Assembly: GCA_046546095.1 (NCBI GenBank)
Contig: JBKGYK010000001.1
Span: 19,941-83,940, forward strand
Length of the DNA: 64,000 nucleotides
Origin: Bacteroidales bacterium
Lineage (GTDB): Bacteria > Bacteroidota > Bacteroidia > Bacteroidales > ML635J-15
Direction of reading: 5' to 3'
The notes under the pieces were generated by a model. That model was not told the DNA's origin and made no database searches. It was given only the letters and a program-made list of their open reading frames with translations. Made by a program: the position numbers and the translations under genes. How positions within the stretch are numbered: position 1 is the stretch's first letter; every line of letters begins with the position of its first letter. This document shows positions 1 to 10,477 of this stretch, one piece after another.

Positions 1-1283
1 CTTTTCAGGGGATATATCCGGCTCATATTAAAACTCAGTTCAGGCAGGGTCATACTAACAGAGCTGTCCCTGGCATTTTGATTGTGCAGCAACGAAAGAT
101 TCAGAGAAAATGGTGTGTTAGGCCAGTTTTTGCTGAAGTTTACGCTGGATGTTTTTGTATTGTTCAGCCGGTTACGTGCATTGTATGTATTGTACCGGTC
201 ATAAGCGCTGGAGCTCATATCCACACTGGCACTAAAATTTATGCTCGGATGTGCTTTGGGGTCCTGCTGGTGCTTCCATTGAAATTTATACATACGGTTT
301 GTGCCGTAATCCTCAAGGCCGCGGTAACCCAAAACATTTTTATTATAATTGAAACCAAGTCTGCCACTCATTTTGTAACGCACTTTATAGTTGGTGGCCA
401 CACGAGCCTCCCAGCTCCCTTTGGAATAAATCCCGCCGGTGAGCAGCAGATCAAGATAATCGTTGATGGCAAAATAATACCCTCCGTTTCTCAGAAAGAA
501 TCCGCGACGTTGCTCCTCACCATATTCAGGAATCACCACTCCGGATGTAGCCCCTTTTTTGTTTGGAAAAAAACCAAAAGGAATGCCCAGGGGAGTTGGA
601 ATATCTTCAAGCACAAGAAAAGCGGGTCCTGCTACAATTTTATCATCCGGAATTACCTTGGCTTTTGATATCTTAAAGTAAAAGTGCGGATGGTCAAGGT
701 CGCAGGTGGTAAATCTTCCATCTATCATATGGACGGATTTGTCCTGCTGTCGTTTTGTTAACCCACCGTGCATGTAGCTGCCATCCAGCTCTGTTGTAAC
801 TTCTTTTATGATACCACGTTTCGAATCAAAATTATACCGGATGGTATCGGCTTCAAAAGTCTCATCAGCCTGACTAAACACAGGTTTTCCGACTGTATTA
901 CCGGATGAATCCTGCAATCCATAAGCCAGGACTTCTTTTTTCTCAAGGTCTACACGGATAAAATCGGCATTCAATTGTATATCATCATAGGTAATTTCGG
1001 CTTCCTTGTACAGATAAACCAGCTTTTTCTGCACATACATAATGTTGCTGTCAACAGCATGATAATAAACGGGATAATCAAGGCTTTCTGCTGTACTTTT
1101 TTTCTCAATGCTGTCACTTTTTGTACTGTCGGCAGATAAACTATCAGAAGAAATGCTGTCATTAAGAGGGGTTATTTCGGTAGTATCCGGAAAAGGAACA
1201 TTGCCAAAAACACTTGCCGGGGCGGGATAAAAAGCAGCAAAAACCTGATTCAGACACGCAGTCAGCAGTAATGCACTACCCAT
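1..1283 (-). CDS. LptD/OstA-like outer-membrane LPS-assembly protein (Bacteroidota type), partial; 3' end runs off the window start
   Basis: Absent from the ORF track because it has no stop in the window. My manual minus-strand translation is open from ATG 1283 (alternative in-frame GTG at 1322) down to nt 1. It starts with a signal-like MGSALLLTACLNQVFA, then ...IRYNFDSKRGIIKEVTTELDGSYMHGGLTKR... and ends ...SMTLPELSFNMSRIYPLK. The + ORF 78..668 is its shadow. Confidence 0.55.
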   Translation of the reverse strand, partial: MGSALLLTACLNQVFAAFYPAPASVFGNVPFPDTTEITPLNDSISSDSLSADSTKSDSIEKKSTAESLDYPVYYHAVDSNIMYVQKKLVYLYKEAEITYDDIQLNADFIRVDLEKKEVLAYGLQDSSGNTVGKPVFSQADETFEADTIRYNFDSKRGIIKEVTTELDGSYMHGGLTKRQQDKSVHMIDGRFTTCDLDHPHFYFKISKAKVIPDDKIVAGPAFLVLEDIPTPLGIPFGFFPNKKGATSGVVIPEYGEEQRRGFFLRNGGYYFAINDYLDLLLTGGIYSKGSWEARVATNYKVRYKMSGRLGFNYNKNVLGYRGLEDYGTNRMYKFQWKHQQDPKAHPSINFSASVDMSSSAYDRYNTYNARNRLNNTKTSSVNFSKNWPNTPFSLNLSLLHNQNARDSSVSMTLPELSFNMSRIYPLK

Positions 1284-1383
1284 TGTTAACAAGCTTTTTA
1301 TTATTTTTTCAAATATCTTCACCTAATTGGCCTTGTTTTTGTATTTTTAAATCTGGTTCAAAACTAATTAAAATATTGCATTC

Positions 1384-2604
1384 ATGACAGCAATGCAGGC
1401 TATGAAAAAACAATTAAGAAGAACGCTTTGGCTGGCAGGTTTATTTTGCCTTCCAATCTTAATGAGCGCGCAAAACTCATCCGATGATATTAAAATCCGG
1501 AAAGTTTGCATTGACCCCGGACATGGTGGTAGAGACCCCGGTGCTGTGGGCTCCTTTTCCTATGAGAAGGATCTTGTTCTTGATATGGCCCTGAAACTGG
1601 GCGGGTATATTGAAGAACATTTTCCTGATGTAGAAGTTATTTATACAAGAAAAACAGACAAATTTGTCAAGTTATATGAGCGGGCAAAAATTGCCAACGA
1701 TGCAAATGCTGACCTTTTTATCAGCATACACATCAATGCAGCAGGTTCTCCCAGGGCATACGGCACCGAAACATTTGCCATGGGCCTTGACAAATCCGAA
1801 GCCAATCTGGCCATAGCAAAAAAAGAAAATGCAGTGATTCTCAAAGAGGAAAATTACGAGGAAAATTACGAAGGTTTTGATCCAACCAGCCCTGAGTCTC
1901 ATATCATGTTCAGCATGTTTCAAAATGCTTACCTGGATCAGAGTCTGAACCTTGCAGCCATCGTACAGGATCAGTTCAGGGAAAGGGTAGGCCGGTTTGA
2001 CCGGGGCGTAAAACAGGCAAACTTCTGGGTTTTATACAAAGTTGCCATGCCCAGTATTCTGATTGAAGCAGGGTTTATTTCCAATCCTGAAGAAGAAAAG
2101 TTCCTCAATACAGAAAACGGAATCACCTACATGTCATCAGCAATTTTCAGAGCTTTCAAAGAGTATAAGAAAGCCTTTGAGGCCGATAATCTGCTGGCAG
2201 GTGATGAGATCGATGACTTGATAGGTGAAAATCCTCAGGAAGATACATTGGAAGAAACGGATAGTCTGACAGAAGAAACAAACAAACACAGTGAAGCTGA
2301 TTCCTCTGGATTACCAAGCTATCCGCCATCAGACAATGAAGATGAAATCTGTTTCAGGGTACAAATTGGCACAAGCAGCAAAGCCATACAAAATCCGGAT
2401 AAAGATTTCCCCGGAATTGATGATTTCTGGCAATATAAACACAACGGCAGCTACAAACATACTGCAGGAAAAACAACTGATTACCTGGAAATTATTGAGT
2501 TACAAAAAGAATTAAAATCTCAATATAAAGGTTGCTTTATCGTTGCATTTAAAAATAAAGAACGGATAAGTGTACGTGAAGCAATAGAAGCATTAAACAA
2601 ATAA
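1384..2604 (+). CDS. N-acetylmuramoyl-L-alanine amidase (Amidase_3) with C-terminal SPOR-like domain
   Basis: 406 aa with a signal peptide. Motifs CIDPGHGGRDPGA, ADLFISIHINA and GVKQANFWVL, then an acidic linker. The C-terminus ICFRVQIGTSS...GCFIVAFKNKE is SPOR-like. Confidence 0.9.
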   Translation: MTAMQAMKKQLRRTLWLAGLFCLPILMSAQNSSDDIKIRKVCIDPGHGGRDPGAVGSFSYEKDLVLDMALKLGGYIEEHFPDVEVIYTRKTDKFVKLYERAKIANDANADLFISIHINAAGSPRAYGTETFAMGLDKSEANLAIAKKENAVILKEENYEENYEGFDPTSPESHIMFSMFQNAYLDQSLNLAAIVQDQFRERVGRFDRGVKQANFWVLYKVAMPSILIEAGFISNPEEEKFLNTENGITYMSSAIFRAFKEYKKAFEADNLLAGDEIDDLIGENPQEDTLEETDSLTEETNKHSEADSSGLPSYPPSDNEDEICFRVQIGTSSKAIQNPDKDFPGIDDFWQYKHNGSYKHTAGKTTDYLEIIELQKELKSQYKGCFIVAFKNKERISVREAIEALNK

Positions 2605-2606
2605 TT

Positions 2607-3653
2607 ATGGCAAAAAACCTGAGTCGAAAATATACACTCACCGGTATCCTTGTTGTTTTGATACTGGGTTTCAGCTACTGGGGATTTAATTTTCTGAAAG
2701 GCAATGACCTCTTTGATGAGCAGGATACTTTTCATGTTGTTTATCAACAGGTAGAGGGATTGAATGTATCCTCTCCGGTAACAATGAATGGCTATGAAAT
2801 CGGGAACGTAAGCGATATATCCTTCATACCCAATACACAAGGCAAACTCATTGTGAGCATCAACCTGGATAATGAATACCAGATTCCGGATTCTTCCATC
2901 GCGAGGATTTACAGCAAGGATTTGATGGGAACCAAGGCCATTGCAATTGAGCGGAGCGGCAAACAAGCACTCCACAACTCTGGCGACACACTGATAGGAA
3001 AAACAGAAGAAAGCCTCCGGGACCAGGTAAGCATGCAAATGCTGCCAATCAAAAATCAGGCTGAGGAACTCATGAAAGAAATGCGAACGGCCATAGAAGT
3101 AGTAGGATACATCTTTAATGAAGAAACACAAAGCAACCTGAAAAACAGCTTTTCAAGCATCAAACGTACAGTAGGATATCTGGAATCCTCCACCCAGAAC
3201 CTGGATTCACTTATGACTCAGGAAAAAAGCCGCATCGCATTGATACTTGCCAATATTGACCGGATCACGGCAAATCTGAACGAAAACGGTGAGCAAATCA
3301 GCAACACAATAAATAATCTTTCTGAAATTTCTGACAGTCTGAAAGCTGTCAACATGAAACAAACCATGGCTGATGTAAATCACAGTTTACAGAACATGGC
3401 AGAAATCACTGATAAAATTAACAATGGTGAAGGAAGTCTGGGCCTGCTCATCAACAACGATTCCCTGTATAACGAGCTGCAGCGGGCCAGTTACAATCTT
3501 GACCGGCTGGTATGGGACATGCGTGCCAATCCTGAGCGCTATATCAAACTCAGGCTTTTCGATCTGCGACGCGATGTACAGGTGATTGATGAGTCTATGC
3601 TCAATAAAAGGGACAAAAAACGCCTGGAAAAGAAAAGAGAAAGAATGGAATAA
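2607..3653 (+). CDS. MlaD/MCE-family protein (lipid-transport ABC system periplasmic component)
   Basis: 348 aa with an N-terminal TM helix. MCE core FHVVYQQVEGLNVSSPVTMNGYEIGNVSDI and a long helical C-terminus. Starts 2 nt after the amidase stop. Confidence 0.85.
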   Translation: MAKNLSRKYTLTGILVVLILGFSYWGFNFLKGNDLFDEQDTFHVVYQQVEGLNVSSPVTMNGYEIGNVSDISFIPNTQGKLIVSINLDNEYQIPDSSIARIYSKDLMGTKAIAIERSGKQALHNSGDTLIGKTEESLRDQVSMQMLPIKNQAEELMKEMRTAIEVVGYIFNEETQSNLKNSFSSIKRTVGYLESSTQNLDSLMTQEKSRIALILANIDRITANLNENGEQISNTINNLSEISDSLKAVNMKQTMADVNHSLQNMAEITDKINNGEGSLGLLINNDSLYNELQRASYNLDRLVWDMRANPERYIKLRLFDLRRDVQVIDESMLNKRDKKRLEKKRERME

Positions 3654-4859
3654 TTACTTTTCAGCTTTCTTCTTTTTCCATATTTCATAACTAAGCAACA
3701 AATTAAAATTCAGCGCTGTCTTTCCATGGGCACGGATGCTCATACCCATGGTAAAACTCTCTGTCAGACCATAAGTGAAGCTATAGCGCTGAAAAAAATG
3801 CTTATCCTGGTAATCTGTTCCGTAATAAGGTGCATACATATAGGTACCCCAGTGTTGAGAAAAGACAAAATCACCCAAAATAAGTTCATGCCCTGCAAGG
3901 AATGACAACTCCCGGTAATCAACCGGCAGGTTTTCCTGTTCCATCTGCTGCTTTCGCCTGTAATTGGCATGTCCTTCCAGACCCAGGGAAAACCCGTTAA
4001 GTCGAGATACCCGTTTGCCTGCCAGTATCATTGCCCCAATGGCAGGTTTCCCGTCCTTAATGGCATCAGAGCCTTCGCTTTTGTACATGCTTCCATATAA
4101 AGATGCCGTCAGAGTGAGCAAATTATGCCAGGCAGGCTGCTCAGAAACATCCGGAAATATCACAGGATCAAATGTATAACCGGCACCCAGACCAAAAACA
4201 GGAAAATTCAGGCCCTTATTTGGCTCTTTGATTCCAATGTTGGAAATATGATTGTATTTTGCATATGCCATGATAAACCAATTTTTGTTGATGTATCTGC
4301 TCAAATACAGGTCCAGATGTGTCAATATACTCAGATGAGAACTGATAAAAAGATTTGCAGGATTGCTGTTTTCGTCATATACTTTACTGACATAAGATGC
4401 TCCAAGACCAACACGCAAGGACAGGAGAACAAAGCCCCGGTAATTTATAAAGGGTTCTGCAAAAACAATCACTGATGTTGAACTTCCCAAAACCTGTGGA
4501 TAATCAAAATTCACATGCATCAATGATACACCTGCTTTACTGAGTGGTTCACGCAAACTATGGTCAGGCCTTGCCAACAAATGAAATCCGGCTTCGATTT
4601 CCGTTCCAAAGGGATGTGCAGAACCAACATCTACAAGACTGCGGGAATGAGGGACAACAAAACCATAGTGTGGTTTCAAACCCACATAAAACGGATTATT
4701 GCTTCTCTCCTGCCCCAACACAACAAAGGATATCAGAAAAAACAGAGAAAAAACAAGACCGTATTTATGTTTTGAACATAAGAACATCACATAATAAAAA
4801 TATAAAAACCACAGATTCAAGGCAAATAATACGGATATTTTATTAAACAAATCGCTCAT
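3654..4859 (-). CDS. PagL-like lipid A deacylase / acyloxyacyl hydrolase family outer-membrane protein
   Basis: 401 aa with a beta-barrel-like alternating pattern. The His-x-Ser-Asn motif (AKYNHISNIG) is characteristic of PagL-type deacylases. The start is uncertain; the alternative is M25 at 4787. Confidence 0.55.
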   Translation of the reverse strand: MSDLFNKISVLFALNLWFLYFYYVMFLCSKHKYGLVFSLFFLISFVVLGQERSNNPFYVGLKPHYGFVVPHSRSLVDVGSAHPFGTEIEAGFHLLARPDHSLREPLSKAGVSLMHVNFDYPQVLGSSTSVIVFAEPFINYRGFVLLSLRVGLGASYVSKVYDENSNPANLFISSHLSILTHLDLYLSRYINKNWFIMAYAKYNHISNIGIKEPNKGLNFPVFGLGAGYTFDPVIFPDVSEQPAWHNLLTLTASLYGSMYKSEGSDAIKDGKPAIGAMILAGKRVSRLNGFSLGLEGHANYRRKQQMEQENLPVDYRELSFLAGHELILGDFVFSQHWGTYMYAPYYGTDYQDKHFFQRYSFTYGLTESFTMGMSIRAHGKTALNFNLLLSYEIWKKKKAEK

Positions 4860-4909
4860 TTGACTGTCATATAATTATCAAATTACAAGCAAACAAATCA
4901 AATACTGAG

Positions 4910-6313
4910 ATGATTAATTATACCGGAACCTATACAGACCAATACCAGCTCACGATGGCGCAAGCCTACTTCAAACAAGGCAAAGCCGATGATAAAGCTG
5001 TATTTGATTACTTTTTCAGAAAATTGCCTTTTGATAGTGGCTATGCCGTTTTTGCAGGCCTTAATGATTTGCTTGATATACTGGAACAACTCCATTTTGA
5101 TAAAAAAGAAATTGACTACCTGAAAGGTTTGGGGTTTTCAGATGACTTTCTCGACTTTCTGAAAAATTTTCGATTCCGCGGCAAGATATTCAGCAGCAGC
5201 GAGGGTGATATCGTCTTCCCTACCAGGCCTGTGCTGCAGGTAGAGGCCACAATAATCGAAGCTCAGTTAATTGAAACTCTCCTGCTGAATGTTCTGAATT
5301 TTCAAACCCTCATTGCCACCAAAGCAAGCAGAATGAAATTGATAGCCGGTGAAAAACAACTCGTTGATTTTGGTTTACGCAGAGCCCAGGCTGCAGGTGG
5401 GTATTATGCCAGCAAGGCAGCAGTGGCAGGTGGTTTTAACGCCACAAGCAATGTCCGTGCCGGCATGGATTTCAATATCCCCGTATCCGGCACCATGGCT
5501 CACAGCTTTATCCAGTCCTATGATGACGAGCTCAGTGCTTTCCGCGCTTATGCCGCTTCCTATCCGGATGACTGTGTGCTGCTTGTAGATACCTATGATA
5601 CACTAAAAAGTGGTGTTCCCAATGCCATCAAAACAGGAAAAGAGCTGGAGAAAAAGGGACACAAACTTAAAGGCATCCGTCTGGACAGTGGTGACCTGGC
5701 CTATATGGCAAAAGAAAGTCGAAGACAACTTGATGAAGCCGGCCTGGATTATGTGAAAATTGCTGCATCCAACCAACTGGATGAACAGGTTATCAAAAGC
5801 CTGATGGAACAAAATGCACCCATTGATTTTTTTGGTGTAGGAACCAGTCTGGTCACAGGGAATCCTGACGCTGCACTTGACGGTGTGTACAAATTATCAT
5901 ACGCCGGAGGAAAACCACGGCTTAAACTCTCAGAAAATGTAGAGAAAATCACTCTGCCACATAAGAAACAAGTATACCGCCTTATCGGTACTGATGGCAA
6001 TTTTTTGGGTGGAGACCTTGTCAGTCTGAGAGATGAAGAAGATATTGAAGAGATGTTTCATCCACATATCAGGGATAAAAGTATGAATACTGAAAACTGT
6101 CAAAAAGAAGCACTTCTGAAACCGGTGATGGAACATGGCAAACGACTCAAAGCCGGAGAGCGACTGGATGAGATTGCAGAATTCAGCCAGTCACAATTAA
6201 AAAAATTGCCCGATGAGTATAAACGTTTTACCAATCCGCATATATACAAAATTGGCATAAGTAAAGCTTTGCAGAAAGAACGCAATAAACTCATAGAAGC
6301 ACACAATCAATAA
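4910..6313 (+). CDS. pncB: Nicotinate phosphoribosyltransferase
   Basis: 467 aa. The N-terminus YTDQYQLTMAQAYF, SGTMAHSFIQ and the overall layout are typical of NAPRTase. Confidence 0.9.
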   Translation: MINYTGTYTDQYQLTMAQAYFKQGKADDKAVFDYFFRKLPFDSGYAVFAGLNDLLDILEQLHFDKKEIDYLKGLGFSDDFLDFLKNFRFRGKIFSSSEGDIVFPTRPVLQVEATIIEAQLIETLLLNVLNFQTLIATKASRMKLIAGEKQLVDFGLRRAQAAGGYYASKAAVAGGFNATSNVRAGMDFNIPVSGTMAHSFIQSYDDELSAFRAYAASYPDDCVLLVDTYDTLKSGVPNAIKTGKELEKKGHKLKGIRLDSGDLAYMAKESRRQLDEAGLDYVKIAASNQLDEQVIKSLMEQNAPIDFFGVGTSLVTGNPDAALDGVYKLSYAGGKPRLKLSENVEKITLPHKKQVYRLIGTDGNFLGGDLVSLRDEEDIEEMFHPHIRDKSMNTENCQKEALLKPVMEHGKRLKAGERLDEIAEFSQSQLKKLPDEYKRFTNPHIYKIGISKALQKERNKLIEAHNQ

Positions 6314-6325
6314 AAAGTAAACTGT

Positions 6326-6943
6326 ATGAATACACTCATAATTATTGATGCTCAAAACGACTTTATGCCCGGAGGCAGCCTTGCTGTGCCCGACGGAGAC
6401 AAAATAATTCCGGTAATCAATGCATTGCAGGAGCATTTTGATTTGGTTATTGCTACCCAGGACTGGCACCCGGAAGGTCACGGCAGTTTTGCCTCTGCCC
6501 ATGCCGGAAAACAGGCATTTGACAAAACCCAACTCAATGGCCTGGAACAAATCCTCTGGCCCGATCATTGTGTACAAAAGAGCAAAGGAGCAGATTTTCA
6601 CCCGGATCTGGAACAGGCTTCCATAGAGGCCATATTCCGAAAAGGCATGGACCCCGGCATTGACAGTTACAGCGGATTTTACGACAACGGACACAAAAAA
6701 AACACCGGCCTGGCCGGATATCTGCGTGAACGTGGTGCAAAAGAACTGTATTTCTGTGGCCTGGCGGCTGATGTTTGTGTGCAATATTCTGTTAAAGATG
6801 CCATCAGGGAAGGCTTTTCTGCCAGATTGATTACCGATGCCACACGTGCCATAGATGGTGATGCTTTTGAAGATATCAGACAGGAGCTGAAAGAAAAGGG
6901 ATGCAGAATGATGCAGTCTGATGAGCTAATCCGTTCCATGTAA
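6326..6943 (+). CDS. pncA: Nicotinamidase / pyrazinamidase (isochorismatase fold)
   Basis: 205 aa with LIIIDAQNDFMPGGSLAV, DWHP..H and the catalytic-Cys region LYFCGLAADVCV. Confidence 0.9.
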   Translation: MNTLIIIDAQNDFMPGGSLAVPDGDKIIPVINALQEHFDLVIATQDWHPEGHGSFASAHAGKQAFDKTQLNGLEQILWPDHCVQKSKGADFHPDLEQASIEAIFRKGMDPGIDSYSGFYDNGHKKNTGLAGYLRERGAKELYFCGLAADVCVQYSVKDAIREGFSARLITDATRAIDGDAFEDIRQELKEKGCRMMQSDELIRSM

Positions 6944-7016
6944 AAACAAAACGCAATACATACCATATGGATAAATATTATGTAATTCCCGGAACAATGC
7001 AAACAATTATGAGAAG

Positions 7017-7529
7017 ATGAAAAACATTTCACTCATTATTATAATAACACTGCTTATGTTTTCATGCAAATCTACAAATGTACCAACACGTGCAAAATCG
7101 GTCGATCTGGAAAAATATGCCGGCACCTGGTATGAAATCGCAAGATATCCTGTCAGCTTTGAGGAGGGCTGTTCCTGTGTAACTGCTACATATAAGCCCA
7201 GAGGAAGATATGTCCGTGTAATCAACAGATGCAAAAAAAACGGAGAATCCAGGGATATCAAAGGCAAGGCTTTCCCGGTAAAAGGCAGTAACAATACCAG
7301 GCTAAAGGTCCGCTTTTTCTGGCCTTTCAGTGCAGGATACTGGATTATAGGACTGGATGATGAATACCAGTGGGCACTGGTCGGCAGCCCGTCAAAAAAA
7401 TATTGCTGGATTCTGGCCCGTGACAAAACCATTTCCACAGAAGAGCTGAAATACATCACTGATATCATGCATGCAGAAGGATATGATAAAAACCGTTTAC
7501 ATTTCACAAAACACAATTGCCATGAGTAA
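7017..7529 (+). CDS. blc: Bacterial lipocalin (Blc-type outer-membrane lipoprotein)
   Basis: 170 aa. Lipobox-like LLMFSC, lipocalin signature [12 protein letters not shown], and [19 protein letters not shown]. Confidence 0.85.
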   Translation: MKNISLIIIITLLMFSCKSTNVPTRAKSVDLEKYAGTWYEIARYPVSFEEGCSCVTATYKPRGRYVRVINRCKKNGESRDIKGKAFPVKGSNNTRLKVRFFWPFSAGYWIIGLDDEYQWALVGSPSKKYCWILARDKTISTEELKYITDIMHAEGYDKNRLHFTKHNCHE

Positions 7530-8022
7530 AATCAAACTGTTAAAAGAAGACATCACAAAAATGAAAACCGACGCCATTGTCAATGCAGCCAATGAAAGTC
7601 TGCAGGGCGGTGGCGGAGTTGACGGCGCCATACACAGGGCTGCCGGTCCGGAATTACCCGAAGCCACAAAAAAAATCGGAGGATGCCCCACAGGGGAAGC
7701 CCGTATCACAAAAGGCTTCAAACTACCGGCACAGTATATCATTCATACGGTAGGTCCGGTTTGGCGCGGTGGCGGTAAAGGCGAAGAAATACTGCTGGCC
7801 TCAGCGTACAGGGAAAGCATGGCCCTTGCAGAAAAACACAGGCTCAGCAGCATAGCTTTCCCCAACATCAGCACCGGTGTATATGGTTTTCCCAAAGGAA
7901 AAGCTGCAAAAATTGCTGTTGATACCGTGAGGGACTATATGGCGAATCATAACTATCCCGAAAAAGTCTATTTTGTGTGTTTTGATGATGAGAATTACGA
8001 CATTTATCAAAAACTGCTTTGA
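7522..8022 (+). CDS. Macro-domain protein (O-acetyl-ADP-ribose deacetylase / ADP-ribose binding, YmdB-like)
   Basis: Motifs [26 protein letters not shown] and [16 protein letters not shown] moved the start to ATG 7522, which overlaps the blc stop (cATGAGTAA). The track start at 7471 lies inside blc. Confidence 0.85.
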   Translation: MSKIKLLKEDITKMKTDAIVNAANESLQGGGGVDGAIHRAAGPELPEATKKIGGCPTGEARITKGFKLPAQYIIHTVGPVWRGGGKGEEILLASAYRESMALAEKHRLSSIAFPNISTGVYGFPKGKAAKIAVDTVRDYMANHNYPEKVYFVCFDDENYDIYQKLL

Positions 8023-8064
8023 GGCTAAGGTCTGATCAATTTTATTTTATTCACAGTGAGGATT

Positions 8065-8979
8065 TTAAGCAGCTTCTTTTTCGCTGGCTGCATATTCCAT
8101 GGCCCAAATACTTACAAATCCCGCAATAATAATCACCACAGCCACAGCAAATTCGGCATTGATCTGCGGCAAGTACCACTCATAACCCACTGCTTTTATC
8201 TCTCCGTTGAATGTCTCGCTTATCACATTTTTCCAGGGCCAGAGAATCCCAAGAGATCCCATAATGAAACCGGAAAGCAGGGCAATTGTCTGATTTCGGT
8301 ATTTCTTAAATACCCATGAAAGTATCCATGAAAATGCCAAAATACCAATGCCTGCTCCAAGTACAGTGGGAATAAGAATATCCATGCGCATGTTATTGAC
8401 AGCATCAATCATGATGAGCTGATAATTACCCATCAGGATGAGAACAAAAGAACCGGAAAGGCCGGGAAGTATCATACTGCATGCTGCAACCATTCCGCAA
8501 ATCATCACATACCAGACAGCAGAATTACCGGCAGCAGGGGTCAGTAAAGATATGCTTATTGCTGCAGCAGTTCCTATAATAAAATTCAGAACCACTGCCC
8601 AGTTCCACTTTTCTATCCGCCTTGCGACAAAATAGACAGATGCCATCACCAGTCCAAAGAAAAAAGCCCAGATATGGATGGGATAATGTTCAAAAAGATA
8701 GTCAAACAGTTTGGCAATTGTCAGTATGGCAAGTGCGATACCAAACAGGACAAAAGCAAGAAAGAAGAAATCAACATGACGTGCAAATCCTTTAAAATCC
8801 CCTTTCAGCACTAGTTTTAAGGCCTGAAGGTTAAAAGATTTGATCGCATTGATCAGACGTTCAAAAATACCCGTAATCAGGGCGATGGTTCCTCCGGAAA
8901 CACCCGGAATAACATTGGCAGCCCCCATTGCCATTCCTTTCAGGGAGAAATTGATTGCATCTTTTACTGAATGTTTCAT
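8065..8979 (-). CDS. DUF368 family membrane protein (family implicated in undecaprenyl-phosphate recycling)
   Basis: Polytopic membrane protein with the DUF368 hallmark GMAMGAANVIPGVSGGTIALITGIFERLI, repeated as PGLSGSFVLILMG. ATG 8979 is preferred over the TTG at 8988. Confidence 0.85.
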   Translation of the reverse strand: MKHSVKDAINFSLKGMAMGAANVIPGVSGGTIALITGIFERLINAIKSFNLQALKLVLKGDFKGFARHVDFFFLAFVLFGIALAILTIAKLFDYLFEHYPIHIWAFFFGLVMASVYFVARRIEKWNWAVVLNFIIGTAAAISISLLTPAAGNSAVWYVMICGMVAACSMILPGLSGSFVLILMGNYQLIMIDAVNNMRMDILIPTVLGAGIGILAFSWILSWVFKKYRNQTIALLSGFIMGSLGILWPWKNVISETFNGEIKAVGYEWYLPQINAEFAVAVVIIIAGFVSIWAMEYAASEKEAA

Positions 8980-9003
8980 ACGGCACAATATTAGCCGGCA
9001 ATA

Positions 9004-10416
9004 TTAGGAATTTTTCCTTAAAAGGGCACGCAATTCTTCGAGATATTGGGCTTTGGGATAGAATTCAAAAAAATCACTGGAGGCTTCTTTGTTAAGTTCC
9101 ACAGCTTTTGAAAAATAAGTAATGGCATTGAGCTTATCCTCAACTTCAAGGTGATAAGCAGCCAGTCTGTATTTTATCTGAGCCGTATCATGATTGTATG
9201 TTTCGCCACGCAGGAGAAGTTCAATGGCTCGATCAACTTTTCCGGTAGAAAATTCCATATCAGCATAAGACAACCAGAAATCGGGATCGTAAGGATACAA
9301 CTGCAGGGCTTTTTCAAAAGCATGTTCGGCATCCTCATCAAAGCCCATCTTTTGAGACGCCATACCCAGTGAATACCAGTAATCAGGGTTATATGGAGCA
9401 TGGTTCAAAGCCGTTTTCAGATAATATATACTCTCAAGAAAGGCAGCATGGTCAAATTTTAACAAGCTCATTCCGTAATATGTATCAGAAAACTCTGCAT
9501 CAATTTCCTGAGATTTTTCGAAACATTCCATGGCTTTATCAGCATCACCGGATTTGCGGTAAGCTTCACCCATTTCATAATGAATCTCTGCATCCCCGTC
9601 CTCATGCTGCAACAATATTTTATATTGGGCTACGGCCTCCTCATATTCCTCGAGATTAGCCAGACACTGAGCCTTACCGTGGATTGCAGGAATATAATCA
9701 GGATTGATTGTAAGGGCATAGTTAAATGCCTCAAGTGCTTCGGAGCAATCATCCTGATTGTTATAATTCACCCCCAGGTTATACCAGGCAGACTCTGAAA
9801 AAGGATTAAGATTCAGATACTTATGGTAATATTTCACACTTAGCTTATTATTGCCCGCTTTTTCGTGGCAATATGCCAGGTCATAGAGTAATTCAGGATC
9901 CCTGCCACCGGAAACTTTATAGGCTTTTTCGAAATAGCGTACAGCAGATGTAAACTGACGCGCAGTTTCAAATGTTGTTGCAATGGTATAATACATTTCG
10001 TCGGCTTCCTCACCAGCCATTTCTAAAGCTTTATTGAAATGCAATTCTGCCTTGTCAAATTGTTTGTTGAATACCAGTATCATACCTTTAAGGAGGGAAA
10101 CCTCAGGTCTTGAGGGCTCAATGGCTTCCACAACTTTCAGCATATTCCAGGCAGCGGAAATTTTTCCGTCAGAAAAGAGATATTTTGCTTTTCGGATTTT
10201 GATTCCCACCGCATCGGGGTGCAGTTTATCAGCCAGCAAAAGCAATGCTTTGACCTCCTTTGTTTCATTTTGATCCAGGAACTGGTCAAGCAAAACTTCC
10301 AACTCGCTAACTTCAAAGTATTGCATAGCCTTGCCACCTTGCTTAAAGGCTTCATACTTCTGATTCAGCTCGTTAAATTCGTCCGGCAATAAAAATCCGA
10401 AATTTCCCTCACTCAT
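9004..10416 (-). CDS. Tetratricopeptide (TPR) repeat protein
   Basis: 470 aa with repeated about-34-aa A/Y/L-patterned units (…AWYNLGVNYNNQDDCSEALEAFNYALTINPDY…). Confidence 0.8.
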   Translation of the reverse strand: MSEGNFGFLLPDEFNELNQKYEAFKQGGKAMQYFEVSELEVLLDQFLDQNETKEVKALLLLADKLHPDAVGIKIRKAKYLFSDGKISAAWNMLKVVEAIEPSRPEVSLLKGMILVFNKQFDKAELHFNKALEMAGEEADEMYYTIATTFETARQFTSAVRYFEKAYKVSGGRDPELLYDLAYCHEKAGNNKLSVKYYHKYLNLNPFSESAWYNLGVNYNNQDDCSEALEAFNYALTINPDYIPAIHGKAQCLANLEEYEEAVAQYKILLQHEDGDAEIHYEMGEAYRKSGDADKAMECFEKSQEIDAEFSDTYYGMSLLKFDHAAFLESIYYLKTALNHAPYNPDYWYSLGMASQKMGFDEDAEHAFEKALQLYPYDPDFWLSYADMEFSTGKVDRAIELLLRGETYNHDTAQIKYRLAAYHLEVEDKLNAITYFSKAVELNKEASSDFFEFYPKAQYLEELRALLRKNS

Positions 10417-10477
10417 ACAATTATTACTCCTAAATTTCCATTACAAATGTAATCAAAATCCAGATAAGTTTAAAACA

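Noticed and set aside
1846-1869. Exact 12-bp tandem duplication GAGGAAAATTAC x2.
   Set aside because: It is in frame within the amidase linker (EENYEENY). It is a trivial coding micro-duplication.
7007-7516. A 169-aa minus-strand ORF that mirrors almost the whole blc gene. Similar long antisense ORFs occur at 78..668(+), 2520..3131(-), 6197..6784(-), 36332..36814(-), 38767..39417(-), 49720..50280(+), 54620..55138(+) and 63160..63618(+).
   Set aside because: In each case the opposite strand carries unmistakable family motifs (lipocalin [10 protein letters not shown], UvrA, SDR and others). The antisense products are low-complexity or Cys/Phe-rich with no motifs. These are typical shadow ORFs of the codon-complement frame.
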